A DNA stretch of 63,974 nucleotides, filler included, from Octopus bimaculoides (taxonomy: Eukaryota), in NCBI RefSeq assembly GCF_001194135.2. It is 6 parts of 6 records of this genome, joined end to end, with 100 filler letters (N's around TTAATTAATTAA, not from the genome) between each part and the next. Parts side by side here need not be neighbours in the genome. Positions count along the whole stretch, not along the records: positions 26,503 to 44,532 come from NC_068983.1; positions 44,633 to 58,080 come from NC_068996.1; 4 more parts are not named here. One strand, given 5' to 3'. Each line of letters opens with the position of its first letter. Positions within the stretch are counted from its first letter, which is position 1. Below are positions 39,030 through 50,022 of the stretch, in pieces. The notes beneath the pieces were generated by a model, which was given only the letters and a program-made list of their open reading frames with translations, made no database searches and was not told where the DNA came from. The translations under genes were made by a program, and so were the position numbers.

Positions 39030-39236
39030 TACCACCTGACTGGCCCTCGTTCCGGTGGCACGTAAAAGCACCCACTACACACTCTGAGTGGTTGGCGTTA
39101 GGAAAGGCATCCAGCTGTAGAAACTCTGCCAAATCAGATTGGAGCCTGGTGCAGCCATCCGGTTCACCAGTCCTCAGTCAAATCGTCCAACCCATGCTAG
39201 CATGGAAAGCGGACGTTAAACGATGATGATGATGAT
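39030..39236 (+). mobile_element. Family E SINE with (GAT)n tail
   Basis: ...ccatgctagcatggaaagcggacgttaaacgatgatgatgatga; the tail resembles RTE-clade 3' ends (from recall). Confidence 0.8.
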
Positions 39237-40359
39237 TCCATCTATTTTCAGACTGTCCAGGTCTACATTAACCAGTGTGTGGTCTTTTTTTTTTTTTTTT
39301 TTTTTTTTTTNNNNNNNNNNNNNNNNNNNNNNNNNNNNNNNNNNNNNNNNNNNNNNNNNNNNNNNNNNNNNNNNNNNNNNNNNNNNNNNNNNNNNNNNNN
39401 NNNNNNNNNNNNNNNNNNNNNNNNNNNNNNNNNNNNNNNNNNNNNNNNNNNNNNNNNNNNNNNNNNNNNNNNNNNNNNNNNNNNNNNNNNNNNNNNNNNN
39501 NNNNNNNNNNNNNNNNNNNNNNNNNNNNNNNNNNNNNNNNNNNNNNNNNNNNNNNNNNNNNNNNNNNNNNNNNNNNNNNNNNNNNNNNNNNNNNNNNNNN
39601 NNNNNNNNNNNNNNNNNNNNNNNNNNNNNNNNNNNNNNNNNNNNNNNNNNNNNNNNNNNNNNNNNNNNNNNNNNNNNNNNNNNNNNNNNNNNNNNNNNNN
39701 NNNNNNNNNNNNNNNNNNNNNNNNNNNNNNNNNNNNNNNNNNNNNNNNNNNNNNNNNNNNNNNNNNNNNNNNNNNNNNNNNNNNNNNNNNNNNNNNNNNN
39801 NNNNNNNNNNNNNNNNNNNNNNNNNNNNNNNNNNNNNNNNNNNNNNNNNNNNNNNNNNNNNNNNNNNNNNNNNNNNNNNNNNNNNNNNNNNNNNNNNNNN
39901 NNNNNNNNNNNNNNNNNNNNNNNNNNNNNNNNNNNNNNNNNNNNNNNNNNNNNNNNNNTTTAAGTCTAACAAACGATCAAAAGAATTGATAAGACTCATT
40001 TCTTATTAGGTCAACTCAATGTTTAAAAAAAAAAAAAGTTGTGGAACAGCTCCAACTTGGGATTTCTGAAATGGTTGTCATATTAGTACAGGTGTGTATG
40101 TTTGGAGCGACAAAAGTATTGCTTCTTTATTTTTCTCAATACCTATACTTATGTGCTATTGTTTGCTTCATTTTCCTTTTATAATATTTAGCAAGGTAAA
40201 GAGACTAAGTCATGCAACAAGCAAACGTGTTGTGCTGGTGAACAAAAGAATTCTATAGAAATAAAGAAATTTTGAGGAAGGTGTAGAGTTTGGGATTTTC
40301 AGTTTCCTTCCTATTTCATTTTTTTTTTTTTCACACACATTGATAACATATATATGTAT

Positions 40360-40975
40360 ATTTATATTTATATCATCATCATTATCTAATGTCTATGTTC
40401 TGTGCTGGCATGGGTTGAGCAGTTTGACAGGGTCTGATGGGTCCAAGGACTGCATTATACCCCGTTGTCTACTTTGGCATGGTTTCTATCGCTGGATACC
40501 CTTCCTAATGCCAACCACTGTACAGCATGTACTGGGTGCATTTTTGCACCCTTAGCACTATTAAGATCATCATCATCGTTTAACATCCGCTTTCCATGCT
40601 AGCATGGGTTGGACGATTTGACTGGGGACTGGTGAGCCAGATGGCTGCACCAGGCTCCAATCTGATTTGGCAGAGTNNNNNNNNNNTGAGCCAGATGGCT
40701 GCACCAGGCTCCAATCTGATTTGGCAGAGTTTCTACAGCTGGATGCCCTTCCTAACGCCAACCACTCTGAGAGTGTAGAGGGTGCTTTTACGTGCCACCA
40801 GCAAGAAGGCCAGTCAGGGGGTACTGGCAACGGCCACGTTCAAAATGGTGTATTTTACTTGCCACCTGCACAAGGGCCAGTCCTGCGGTACTGGCAACGA
40901 ACTCACTCGAATCTCTTTTCACGTGCCACTGGCACAAGTACCAGGAAGGTAACGTTGGTAACGGTCACACTCACC
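40360..40975 (-). mobile_element. Two family E SINE segments, the second with internal repeats of about 60 bp
   Basis: catcatcatcgtttaacatccgctttccatgctagcatggg... is the reverse complement of 39030-39236. Confidence 0.8.
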
Positions 40976-41399
40976 ATGCAATTTGCAAAACTATGCACCC
41001 CAAGGGAAGGGGGCTGGCTTTATGATAGGGGATGATGGATTAAGGTATAAAAGAGTGGGTGAGAAGAGCAGGTTATTATAGAAGAGGAGCTGCATGGCTA
41101 TTTACAGTTAGAAGAGAAGATGAGAATGATCAGCAGGAACTACTAAGAGATAAAGAGGGGTCCTGGTGGCCCCTCAGAATATGAGGTGAGTAGTGCATGG
41201 AGCCTGTTACAGTTGCTCAACCTGCTACAACGAGCAGCTGAATTTCCCCAAAATTAGGGGCTTCATTGAAAGAAAAATGACATCGTTATTCAAAAGATTT
41301 GCATTTTCCATCTTGGAACTGAGAAAACTAATAAGGAGAATACAGGAGGCGGTCGAAAAAGCCAGCTTCTATATATGGCTGATGCAGGAAGACCAAAAA

Positions 41400-41830
41400 T
41401 GGCTTGAAAGTCATAACATGTTGGCAGGAAAATAACATCATTAGGTGAGACTGGCTGACACTAAAGTGGCTTTGCTGATTGACAGGTGACGGTTTTGGTT
41501 AGAGAATGCGTGGGCTAAGACTAGGCACCCTCCATTGGTCAGTTAAAGCTTAAGCAGTGTTATGTGACAACTTGCTGGGGCTGCCTGCTGGAGCCTAGCA
41601 GCGGGTATTTAAAGGGAAATTTGACAAGACAGTCAGTCGCCCGCTGACACTTGTTGACGCTGCATCGAAGAGGCCAGGGAACAGAAGAAAGAAGACATGC
41701 ACTCAACACCAGAGCTGAAGACACCTCCGATAGGTGGGGGCGCCATGTCAAAACGGTTGGGGAGTAGGGGCCAAAAGCGGACTTGGTTCCTCTTGATGAT
41801 GTCTTGAGCTAACTGGATCCTATAAAGGAA
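41400..41830 (+). mobile_element. Possible solo Penelope-like pseudo-LTR or LTR remnant
   Basis: GC-richer island with ccattgg, gggtatttaaaggg (TATA-like) and a degenerate CTGAAGA-hairpin motif at 41715. Confidence 0.3.
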
Positions 41831-42149
41831 CTGCTGTGGTAGCAGACCACAAAACATGGTTGAAATTCTCCATAAAGAAAGATACTTAGTCATTGTAATC
41901 CCTAATATACAAAATTCAAGATGGCCTCCACAGATTGTCTGATGCTTGTGTGTGAAACACTTAGATAAAACTTAGATATGTTTCGACCAAAGATTGGTCC
42001 AGGCTATGTCTAACTTAATAGCACCACCTGATAGGATTATCTAAACCCTTTTTACAGCCAAGTTTTGTTTATGGTCCATTCAAGTAGTGAGTTCTTGTTG
42101 AGTGAGTTGTATCCAGGTATGGGTGGCTTGTCTGGTATTCCTTGAAGAA

Positions 42150-42410
42150 ATCTATGTTATATAGTAGTGAAATATTGGCATTAGCTGTATGAAGGCTAGG
42201 AAGAACTGAAGCAAGCATTCTCCACAGGATGTGTGAAGTTGGTATACAAAGAATCATATGTAATGTGCAAGAAACGAAGACTGCACTGTATATGGAAGGT
42301 GACCATGGGTTAAAGAAGTGCCAAGTGATTGAAGTGGAAGGAACCTGTGAAGGCTAACCTGGAGAAACTGAACCTTAATAAGAAGAAGGTAAAGCACTGG
42401 GGCTGGAGAA
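42150..42410 (+). mobile_element. Decayed RTE-like LINE C-terminal fragment
   Basis: gcattctccacaggatgtgtg...gactgcactgtatatggaagg...aagaagtgcca...gtggaaggaacctgtg resembles the RTE ...RWMC...RLRWYGHV...VKKC...VEG region. Confidence 0.4.
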
Positions 42411-42414
42411 GACT

Positions 42415-42780
42415 CACTCATCCAGTTCATGCAGACATGGGTGGTGGAAGATGGGGCGGGGGTATAAAATGATGAAGGAAGAAGAGTGTCTTTGTGTGTG
42501 ACTGTGTATATATCGTATGTATATATATATCATCATCGACTTTTCTGTGCCTGTATGTGTCAGACAGAGTTTAATGAGGCAGGTTTTCTGCAGCTGGGTC
42601 TCCTTCCTCTCACCAACAGTCACCTGTTTCGAAAAGTAAGATATTTCTCCTTTGCCAGACGTGTTTTTACAAAATATTTGAAAGGAGTGGTTATACTTGT
42701 ATGATAGTGACATTTTTATTTGCAACTGTCACATGATGTCAAGACAAGGAAACACAAATATATAAAGAGAGAGAGAGAGA

Positions 42781-42817
<37 letters not shown>

Positions 42818-43140
42818 TGAGCTTTTTTCAATTTCCCTCTCTTAAATCCATTTGAGGTTGTGGTAGAAAACACTTGCTCGAAGTTCCACAAGGTGAGACT
42901 GAACCTGAAACCAATTATTACAAATGATATAGGTGTAGACGTAGCTGCATGGATAAGAAACAAACTTCTTATCCACATGGCTACATCTGCACCTGCATTA
43001 TTTATAATAATTTTTACCTCAGTTTTTTTCCATGATGGCATGAGTTAGATGAGAGATTGGGACAGTGTTTTATGACCAGATACCTTCTCTATTGCCAACC
43101 CTCACCTTTTTTCAAATAAGGTGTTTTTTAATCTACTGAT
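42415..43140 (-). mobile_element. Decayed RTE-tailed SINE variant and family D head
   Basis: catccagttcatgcagacatggg...ttgccagacgtg; caaggtgagactgaacctgaaacc...cttcttatccacatggcta. Confidence 0.5.
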
Positions 43141-43329
43141 CTTTATATGTTAAAACTGTCAAGCTATAGGGTCTATGTGTTATCACCATCGCTCACATGG
43201 TACCAATGCAAAGATACACAGAATTAAACACTTAAGCACATGTTTATTTAATATTTTAAGTGTTATAATTTTAGAGTTATATGTCCATGAAAGAAACAGT
43301 GGGTATATATATATATATATATGATTGAC

Positions 43330-43513
43330 CGTTGACTGAACACCATTCAATTTTTTTTCTCCGTGTTTTTCTCCTTGTCTCCGTATTCTTTCTGTTGAAG
43401 AGCGTAGCTCGAAACGTCAAAGACTTTCCGTATTCCCGAGCGTCATACTAATATATACTTTTGTTATTTACACCACCTGTCCTCGTCTGTTGTTATTATT
43501 TGTATATTCTCCC
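43330..43513 (+). mobile_element. Family F element with the best hammerhead-like motif (43387-43423)
   Basis: TCTTT-CTGTTGA-A-GAGC-GTA-GCTC-GAAA-CGTC-AAAGA; ends tattctccc|atatata. Confidence 0.7.
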
Positions 43514-43829
43514 ATATATATANNNNNNNNNNNNNNNNNNNNNNNNNNNNNNNNNNNNNNNNNNNNNNNNNNNNNNNNNNNNNNNNNNNNNNNNNNNNNN
43601 NNNNNNNNNNNNNNNNNNNNNNNNNNNNNNNNNNNNNNNNNNNNNNNNNNNNNNNNNNNNNNNNNNNNNNNNNNNNNNNNNNNNNNNNNNNNNNNNNNNN
43701 NNNNNNNNNNNNNNNNNNNNNNNNNNNNNNNNNNNNNNNNNNNNNNNNNNNNNNNNNNNNNNNNNNNNNNNNNNNNNNNNNNNNNNNNNNNNNNNNNNNN
43801 NNNNNNNNNNNNNNNNNNNNNNNNNNNNN

Positions 43830-43867
<38 letters not shown>

Positions 43868-44099
43868 CTTGGGTGACAATTGTGAAATAAGAGAATTTTA
43901 ATGTTTAGCAGCCTTATTCATTATCTCTGCCCTTTTTTTTTTTTTTTTAAATTTTTTTATTATACATTTCACTGAATTGAAAATGTAGCAGGTTACAATG
44001 GAAAGAAAAAGAAAATGATTGAGAGGCATGCTGTTTAACAAATTTTTATTTTACAGCATTTGGTTTTATATTTCTTAGCATCATAATGAAATGAAATTA

Positions 44100-44275
44100 A
44101 ACAAAATATGATACAAACACACACAAGCACACACAAACATATGCAGACCTCCATTCAGTTTCCATCTACCAGTTTCCCACACAAGGCATTGATCAGTCCA
44201 GCGCAAATGCAGAAGGCACAAGCCCAAGATGCCTTGCATTTGGATAGAACTTAAAACTTTGTGGTTATGAAGCAA
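44100..44275 (-). mobile_element. Family D head, CpG-decayed
   Basis: ccattcagtttccatctaccagtttcccacacaaggc...cccaagatgcc. Confidence 0.6.
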
Positions 44276-44470
44276 GTATAATACAATTATACATGTTTTA
44301 TATAGAGTTATAAAAATTCCATCTAATGATGTAATGTAATAGGTGTGTTGTATAATAAGAGCTCGGGTTGGTTTACCACTGAAACTCCAACTTGAACTGC
44401 AACTAAAACAAAAGTGGTGTTATAGCTGCCTATAAGAGTAGCTGTAAGTGGTTCATCATTGAATTGGCAG

Positions 44471-44532
<62 letters not shown>

Positions 44533-44632
44533 NNNNNNNNNNNNNNNNNNNNNNNNNNNNNNNNNNNNNNNNNNNNTTAATTAATTAANNNNNNNNNNNN
44601 NNNNNNNNNNNNNNNNNNNNNNNNNNNNNNNN

Positions 44633-44672
<40 letters not shown>

Positions 44673-44689
44673 TGTGAGTGTATATATTT

Positions 44690-44902
44690 GTGCGTCTGTG
44701 TTTGTCCGCACAACATTGCTTGACAACAGATGCTGGTGTTTTTACGTACCCATAACTTAGCGGTTCGATGAAAGAGACCGATAGAATAAGTACTAGGTTT
44801 ACAAAGAATAAGCTCTGAGGTCGACTTGCTCGACTAAAGGCGGTGCTGCAGCATGGCCGCAGTTAAATGACTGAAACAAATAAAAGAGTAAGAGTAAAGA
44901 GA
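44690..44902 (+). mobile_element. Family D tail, young
   Basis: tgtgtttgtccg...cttagcggttcg...ggcggtgctgcagcatggccgcagttaaatgactgaaacaaataaaagagtaagagtaaaga. Confidence 0.85.
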
Positions 44903-45289
44903 TTGTATATATGTATGTATATACATATTTATATATAACTTTACGATGAAACTAAACAAACGAAGTTTGTTTTTAGAAGCGTTGAGATGTATTGTAAGAT
45001 ACAGAAATAAATTTATTTCTCAAACGTATGATAATGCTATAAATAGCGTGATCAGGATAAATTATCCATTTATTGTAGAAAAATACGTTAGTGGCCAGCC
45101 ATGAGACTCGAACTCACATCTCTGTGATTACGCATCAAGTACAACGACTTCTGCTAGGCAGTTTTGGTGAATGGTTACTTATCAGAACCATTCAGCATTA
45201 TGTGTTAGGTCACTCAAGGGTGTTCGCTCTCATCTCTTCGGTATGTACTGCCTCTACAACCACTACTGTGGAAATTGGAAGCGTTAAGA

Positions 45290-46330
45290 GGTATCCCACG
45301 AAAACCAGGAAGTAGGCGAATCATGTCGGTATACACAGACGACGTCACCGTCATAGTGCCGAACAGCAGGCACACAGACCTAATCTGCACTGCTCTAAAA
45401 GAATACTGAAGTAAAAATTAACCAAGGAAAGTCAGTCGGCCTGCAGTTCGGCTATTTGGTGAAGCGGGTCAATGCTGTTCAATAACATCGTGGAACGCTG
45501 GACAGAGTGACCGGTTAAATTGCTCAGGGTCTGGTTTGATCCAGATCTGCAGGTAGAGAAGAACTGGGACGAGGTGACGAGCAGGGTGACCAATCTTACT
45601 CAGAAATGGGTAGAGGGAAACCTATCACTGAAAGGTCGGTAGGGCTGGCGAATGCTAACATAACCTCCGTAGTATATTATCGCCTGACCGTCGTACCTTG
45701 CCCGTTTGCATCTGACTAAACTGGGGTGAGTATACTTTCGCTTTCTGTGAAAGCGACGCGTTCTCCTGGTTAGGTGTTCTATCTGCTGTTAACACTGTGA
45801 ATGGAGAGCTAGGCATGTCTTGGCTGCTGATGCGAAGACATGCACTGAAGCTGGGACATATCTACAAGCACGGAAACGCCGTCAGTTGGGTTGAGCAGAG
45901 TTGCACACATAGCGACGGAACTGTTCTGCACGCCCTGGTCCAGTGCCCAAGCATTACTGACTTGTGGGTTTATGTCAAACACCTGCTGTCACGTGAAGGA
46001 CAGGTCCGGCTATCGGCTGAGTCCATCGTGGAGATAGCCCCCCCCCCGCTTCCTTTCGGCTGGGAAGGGTGAGTAGTATTTCTTTGTCCGGTGGCCTTAG
46101 CGAAAGAGGTTCTGTGGTTGACCAGGTTGAAAGGTCCGGAGATAGACGCTTTCCTTTTTGGTCAAGCCTTATTCAAGTTTTCAAGTTTCACTCGAAAAGG
46201 CCAGTGAGGGTAGAGTGGGATGTGTTGCCTCCCAACAATTTTGTTAATGGATGGGTGAATGTAACGCGATTGGCCCGATTGAAGAAACCTTCACTAAACA
46301 CGTGCCTCTAGATCGAGGGTAGATGAAGAG
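45290..46330 (+). mobile_element. Tx1/L1-type non-LTR retrotransposon fragment (RT C-terminal half to end of ORF2), frameshifted
   Basis: SVYTDDVTV (YADD-like), KINQGKSVGL, KNWDEVTSRV...KWVEGNLSLKGR, GELGMSWL (GGLG-like), AKEVLWLTRLKG. Confidence 0.75.
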
Positions 46331-46423
46331 AGGGCACTTGCCATACAGGTGAAGCCGATTGTGGTTTTTGTGGGGTTTACACGGGCAGCACTTGGGAGTC
46401 TCCCTCTTTTGGGAATTTTAATT

Positions 46424-46806
46424 ACTCTTTTACTTGTTTCAGTCATTTGACTACGGCCATGCTGGAACACCACCTTTTCGTCGAGCAACTCGATCCCAGG
46501 ACTTATTCTTTGTAAGCCTAGTACTTATTCTGTCGGTCTCTCTTGCCGAACCGCTAAGTTACGGGGACGTAAACACACTAGCATCGGTTGTCAAGCGATG
46601 TTGTGGGGACAAACACAGACACAAACATATATATACTTATACATATATACGACGGGCTTCTTTTAGTTTCTGTCTACCAAATCCACTCACAAGGCTTTGG
46701 TCGGCCCGAAGCTATAGTAGAAGACACTTGATGAAGGTGCCACGCAGTGGGACTGAACCCGGAACCATGTGGTTGGTAAGCAAGCTACTTACCACACAGC
46801 CACTCC
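46424..46806 (-). mobile_element. CORE-type SINE family D, full length, young
   Basis: Near-consensus copy; all CpGs in the test motif intact. Confidence 0.9.
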
Positions 46807-46917
46807 GGTGTTAATTTTCTTCTTTATTCCTTATTTACACGTTTCAATCGCACCATTTGTATTGCATTGTTTGGTGCCATCTTCAATCCTTTATATGAAC
46901 CTTAAGTGGTTAATAAA

Positions 46918-47532
46918 GTAAGGCGGAGCGCTGGCGGATTTGTTAGCACGCCGGGAAAAATGGTCAGTGGTATTTTATCCGTCTTTGCGTTCTGAGATCA
47001 AGTTCCGCCGAGGTCAGCCTATGCCATTCAACATTTCGGGGATGTACCGGTTGATCACTGAGGGTTGACGTAATCGACTGGTCTCCTCCACGCCAAATTA
47101 CAGGCCTTGTGCCAAAATTTGAAAAAAAAAAATTATTACTGAAGCAGCGAACTGGCAGAATTGTTAGCGCATCGGACAAAATGCTTGGTGGCACTACTTC
47201 CGCCATTTTACGTTCAGTGTTCAAATCAAAGCGAGGTCTCTGCCATCCTCTTGAAATTGATAAAATAACTCACTTATCAAGTACCGGGCTCGTTATAATC
47301 GACTTAAATAGCTCGCCTTGTGCCAAAATGTAAAATAATTAAAAGTGTAGCGTGCTGGCATAATCGCTAGCAGGTCGGACAAAATGCTTACCAGCATTTC
47401 TTCCGTCTCTAAGTTCAAATCCCGCCTTTGTCAACTCTGCCTTCGGTCATATAATGCATCAGTCAAGAGCTCGGGTTGATGTAATCGTTTTACCCCTTCC
47501 CTGAAGATTGGTGGCTTTCTGCCAAAATTTAT
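46918..47532 (+). mobile_element. Three head-to-tail diverged family A SINEs
   Basis: Heads at about 46920, 47141 and 47343, each ending ...gccttgtgccaaaat...ttatta. Confidence 0.75.
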
Positions 47533-48329
47533 ATTAAGTATTTTTATTATTTCTCAAAATCGTTCAATAGGAATTTGCAGTAGTTGCTTATGAGAGAAAA
47601 AAAAAATATATTGTAAACAACATTTGCACATTAAACATGACAAAAGATTTTGTCTAATAATTCAGTGAGTGTAGCTAAGCTTACAATCTTCAAGCTTAAA
47701 GACAACATTTACAAATAGTCTAATGATTTATAAGTTTGTAGGTAGTTATTTATAAAGAGAGTGTAAAGCAAATGTTTTGTGGGTACGGTATTTCTGTTAA
47801 TTTGTGATTGGTTGCAATATTTATGCACTGTATTGTATTATTGTTTGTTTAGTTAACGTTCATTCATTTATTTAGAGATGCCATGATGTGAATGTTCTTT
47901 TATCTTTGCCTCTCTCTCTCACACACACACACACATTATGAGAGAGGGGGAAGAGAGATTTTTCAGTATGTGACTTCGTCTACTTCAAAGAAATGGGAAG
48001 TGGAGTTAGCCTCGGTGATTTTGGAACCGAGATCGTTGGGTGGCGAAACAAATACAATAAATGGTGGTTTGATATACTATTGACTAATGATTTATCATTC
48101 TTGCATATCAGTGAAGTGGGTTGAAGAAAATACGAGCATGTACAACTCGGACAGCAGATGCTTGTGATTTGTTCCGTTTATTCCTTGCTGTCATTTTGTT
48201 TTTATCCCTCCGAAAGGTTGGTGGTGAAATAATTGTTTTTATCCCTCAGCAAGGTTGACGAAAAAGAAAGAATTTATCTTCAAAGCAGAAGCATGGCCCA
48301 AATATTGGCAACAAACTGGGTTCCATGAA

Positions 48330-48600
48330 AGACAGCCAAAAAACCAGATGTTCAACCGGCTGACAGATTCAGTCTGGTATCCAGGTAGGCAACGGCAAGA
48401 TTTGAACTCAGAACGCAGCCGTAAGGAATATCCAACATCCGATGTTCAAACATTTCGGCCGACAAGCTTCTCAAGACTTGTACGTAATTTATTAACTATT
48501 GAAAGATGTAAAGTTGATTTAGGTGGGACTCGAACCCGAGATGCAAGAGGACAGAGTACAATAAATGTTGCTGTAACATTACACAACGTAGAAAAAAAAA
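48330..48600 (-). mobile_element. Degenerate family A SINE segments
   Basis: ggcaagatttgaactcagaacg...; gaaagatgtaaagttgatttaggtgggactcgaacc. Confidence 0.5.
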
Positions 48601-49968
48601 TTCTGATGTTTTTATAGGAAACAAACGACTACCCTTGGTTACTGACATTTCTGATCAATGTGTTATACAAGCTTTCTTGCATTTCAAAAAAACCAGCAAC
48701 AAGCCAAACTATAGTTAAGCGCATTGTAACAGTAGGCTTCCGGGTTAGATTACATACCCCTCAATTTTTTTCTTTTACTGTTTAGTCAGGGCGGCAAAGG
48801 CAACACAAAAATCCTTCGTTTGTAGTGGGCGTCTGTCAAAGAGGAACTTCTAACAAAATTGGAGAACTTATCTAAATGTTTTTAGTAGAATCCCACTAAA
48901 GATCCTTAAAGACCTAGTAGTGGGGGTATTAATACGGACAACAGACCCTGCCCACTATCCAAGAATTGTTCGCCAATCTACCGTTCTGGACAAGGTTTTT
49001 ATTTCATCGACTTCGAACCGGATGAAAGTGACTTAAACTGGACGAGATTTGAATTCAAACGGCAGAAAAACAAATAGGACAGGGTATTTTGTCCTGCACT
49101 CAATCTACTTCGTGAATTCATGTTTGAGAGACACGTGTGAATATATTTGTGCAAAAAAAAAAAAGGGGGGGGGGCAGTGTTTCATGTTAAAAATTGAAAG
49201 CTGTAGTTATTTCTTTTGTTGCTAGACTTCATTCTGGCTCAGCCTGCTCAGTCTCACTATCCTATTCGAGATGACGTCGTTCCATCTGCACGAGATCCCG
49301 ATTACAAAATTTCTCATGAAATTCAAATAAACACCGCTACACATACGTCATTTACTTCTTTTTATCCACCAATTTAATGTATTCGACGAACAATTACACC
49401 ATTTTGTATCGGCGCCCCCAAACTCGGGAAATATACAAGCCTAGATAGGTTTCACTCCAAACAAAATTCATTAAGGGTTTTTTTTTTTTTTTTACTTCTT
49501 GCCTCTATAAAATTATCTAAGCTTTGAATAGAGTAACAACCTCGCCGGGTCTGTAGGTTGAAGCAACCCGGTTGAATTTGGAGGCTAAAAAAAAAAAAAA
49601 AAAAAAAAAAGCTACATTATTTGTCAGTTTATCCAGATTAGATGGGTGACCCGAAGCATTTTATTAAAAAAAGGCATTATTTTGAAGATTCTAAGCTGAC
49701 ATTCTTTGGAAGTTAGACAAAGTTGAAGTAAACCAAACTTTGATTACTGGTCTAGTGATCCTCGGCTTTTTATTTAATTGCTATAAAACAATTATAAACA
49801 GCTAATGCTTTCATCTTTTAAGGCATTGCCACCAAGTAGGAGATCCTACAATCTTTGGCAGCCTTGAATTCTGGTACAGTTTGTTTTGACATTTGTTTCC
49901 AAAACAGACCAGTTTGATTCACTTAAAATTTACTTCAGTGTGTTCTCTTTGCCAATAATATCTTCCAG

Positions 49969-50022
49969 TAATGCTGGAAAAGAAACTATCAGCTTTGTTG
50001 GTACTATCAAATACACTTAACT
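49969..50022 (+). CDS. Candidate 54-bp exon (MLEKKLSALLVLSNTLN in phase 1, or NAGKETISFVGTIKYT* in phase 2)
   Basis: Acceptor tgtgttctctttgccaataatatcttccag, perfect donor CT|gtaagt; neighbouring candidate exons at 49823-49873 and from 50251. Confidence 0.3.

Noticed and set aside
40790-40945. Repeats of about 60 bp with variable spacers resembling a CRISPR array
   Set aside because: They are the internal repeats of family E SINEs, seen again at 28150-28290 and 36920-37040; eukaryotic context and no cas genes.
49476-49610. T-run and A24 run about 90 bp apart enclosing a small CCGGGT/ACCCGG hairpin
   Set aside because: No TSD or recognisable retroposed RNA; homopolymer runs are common in this genome.
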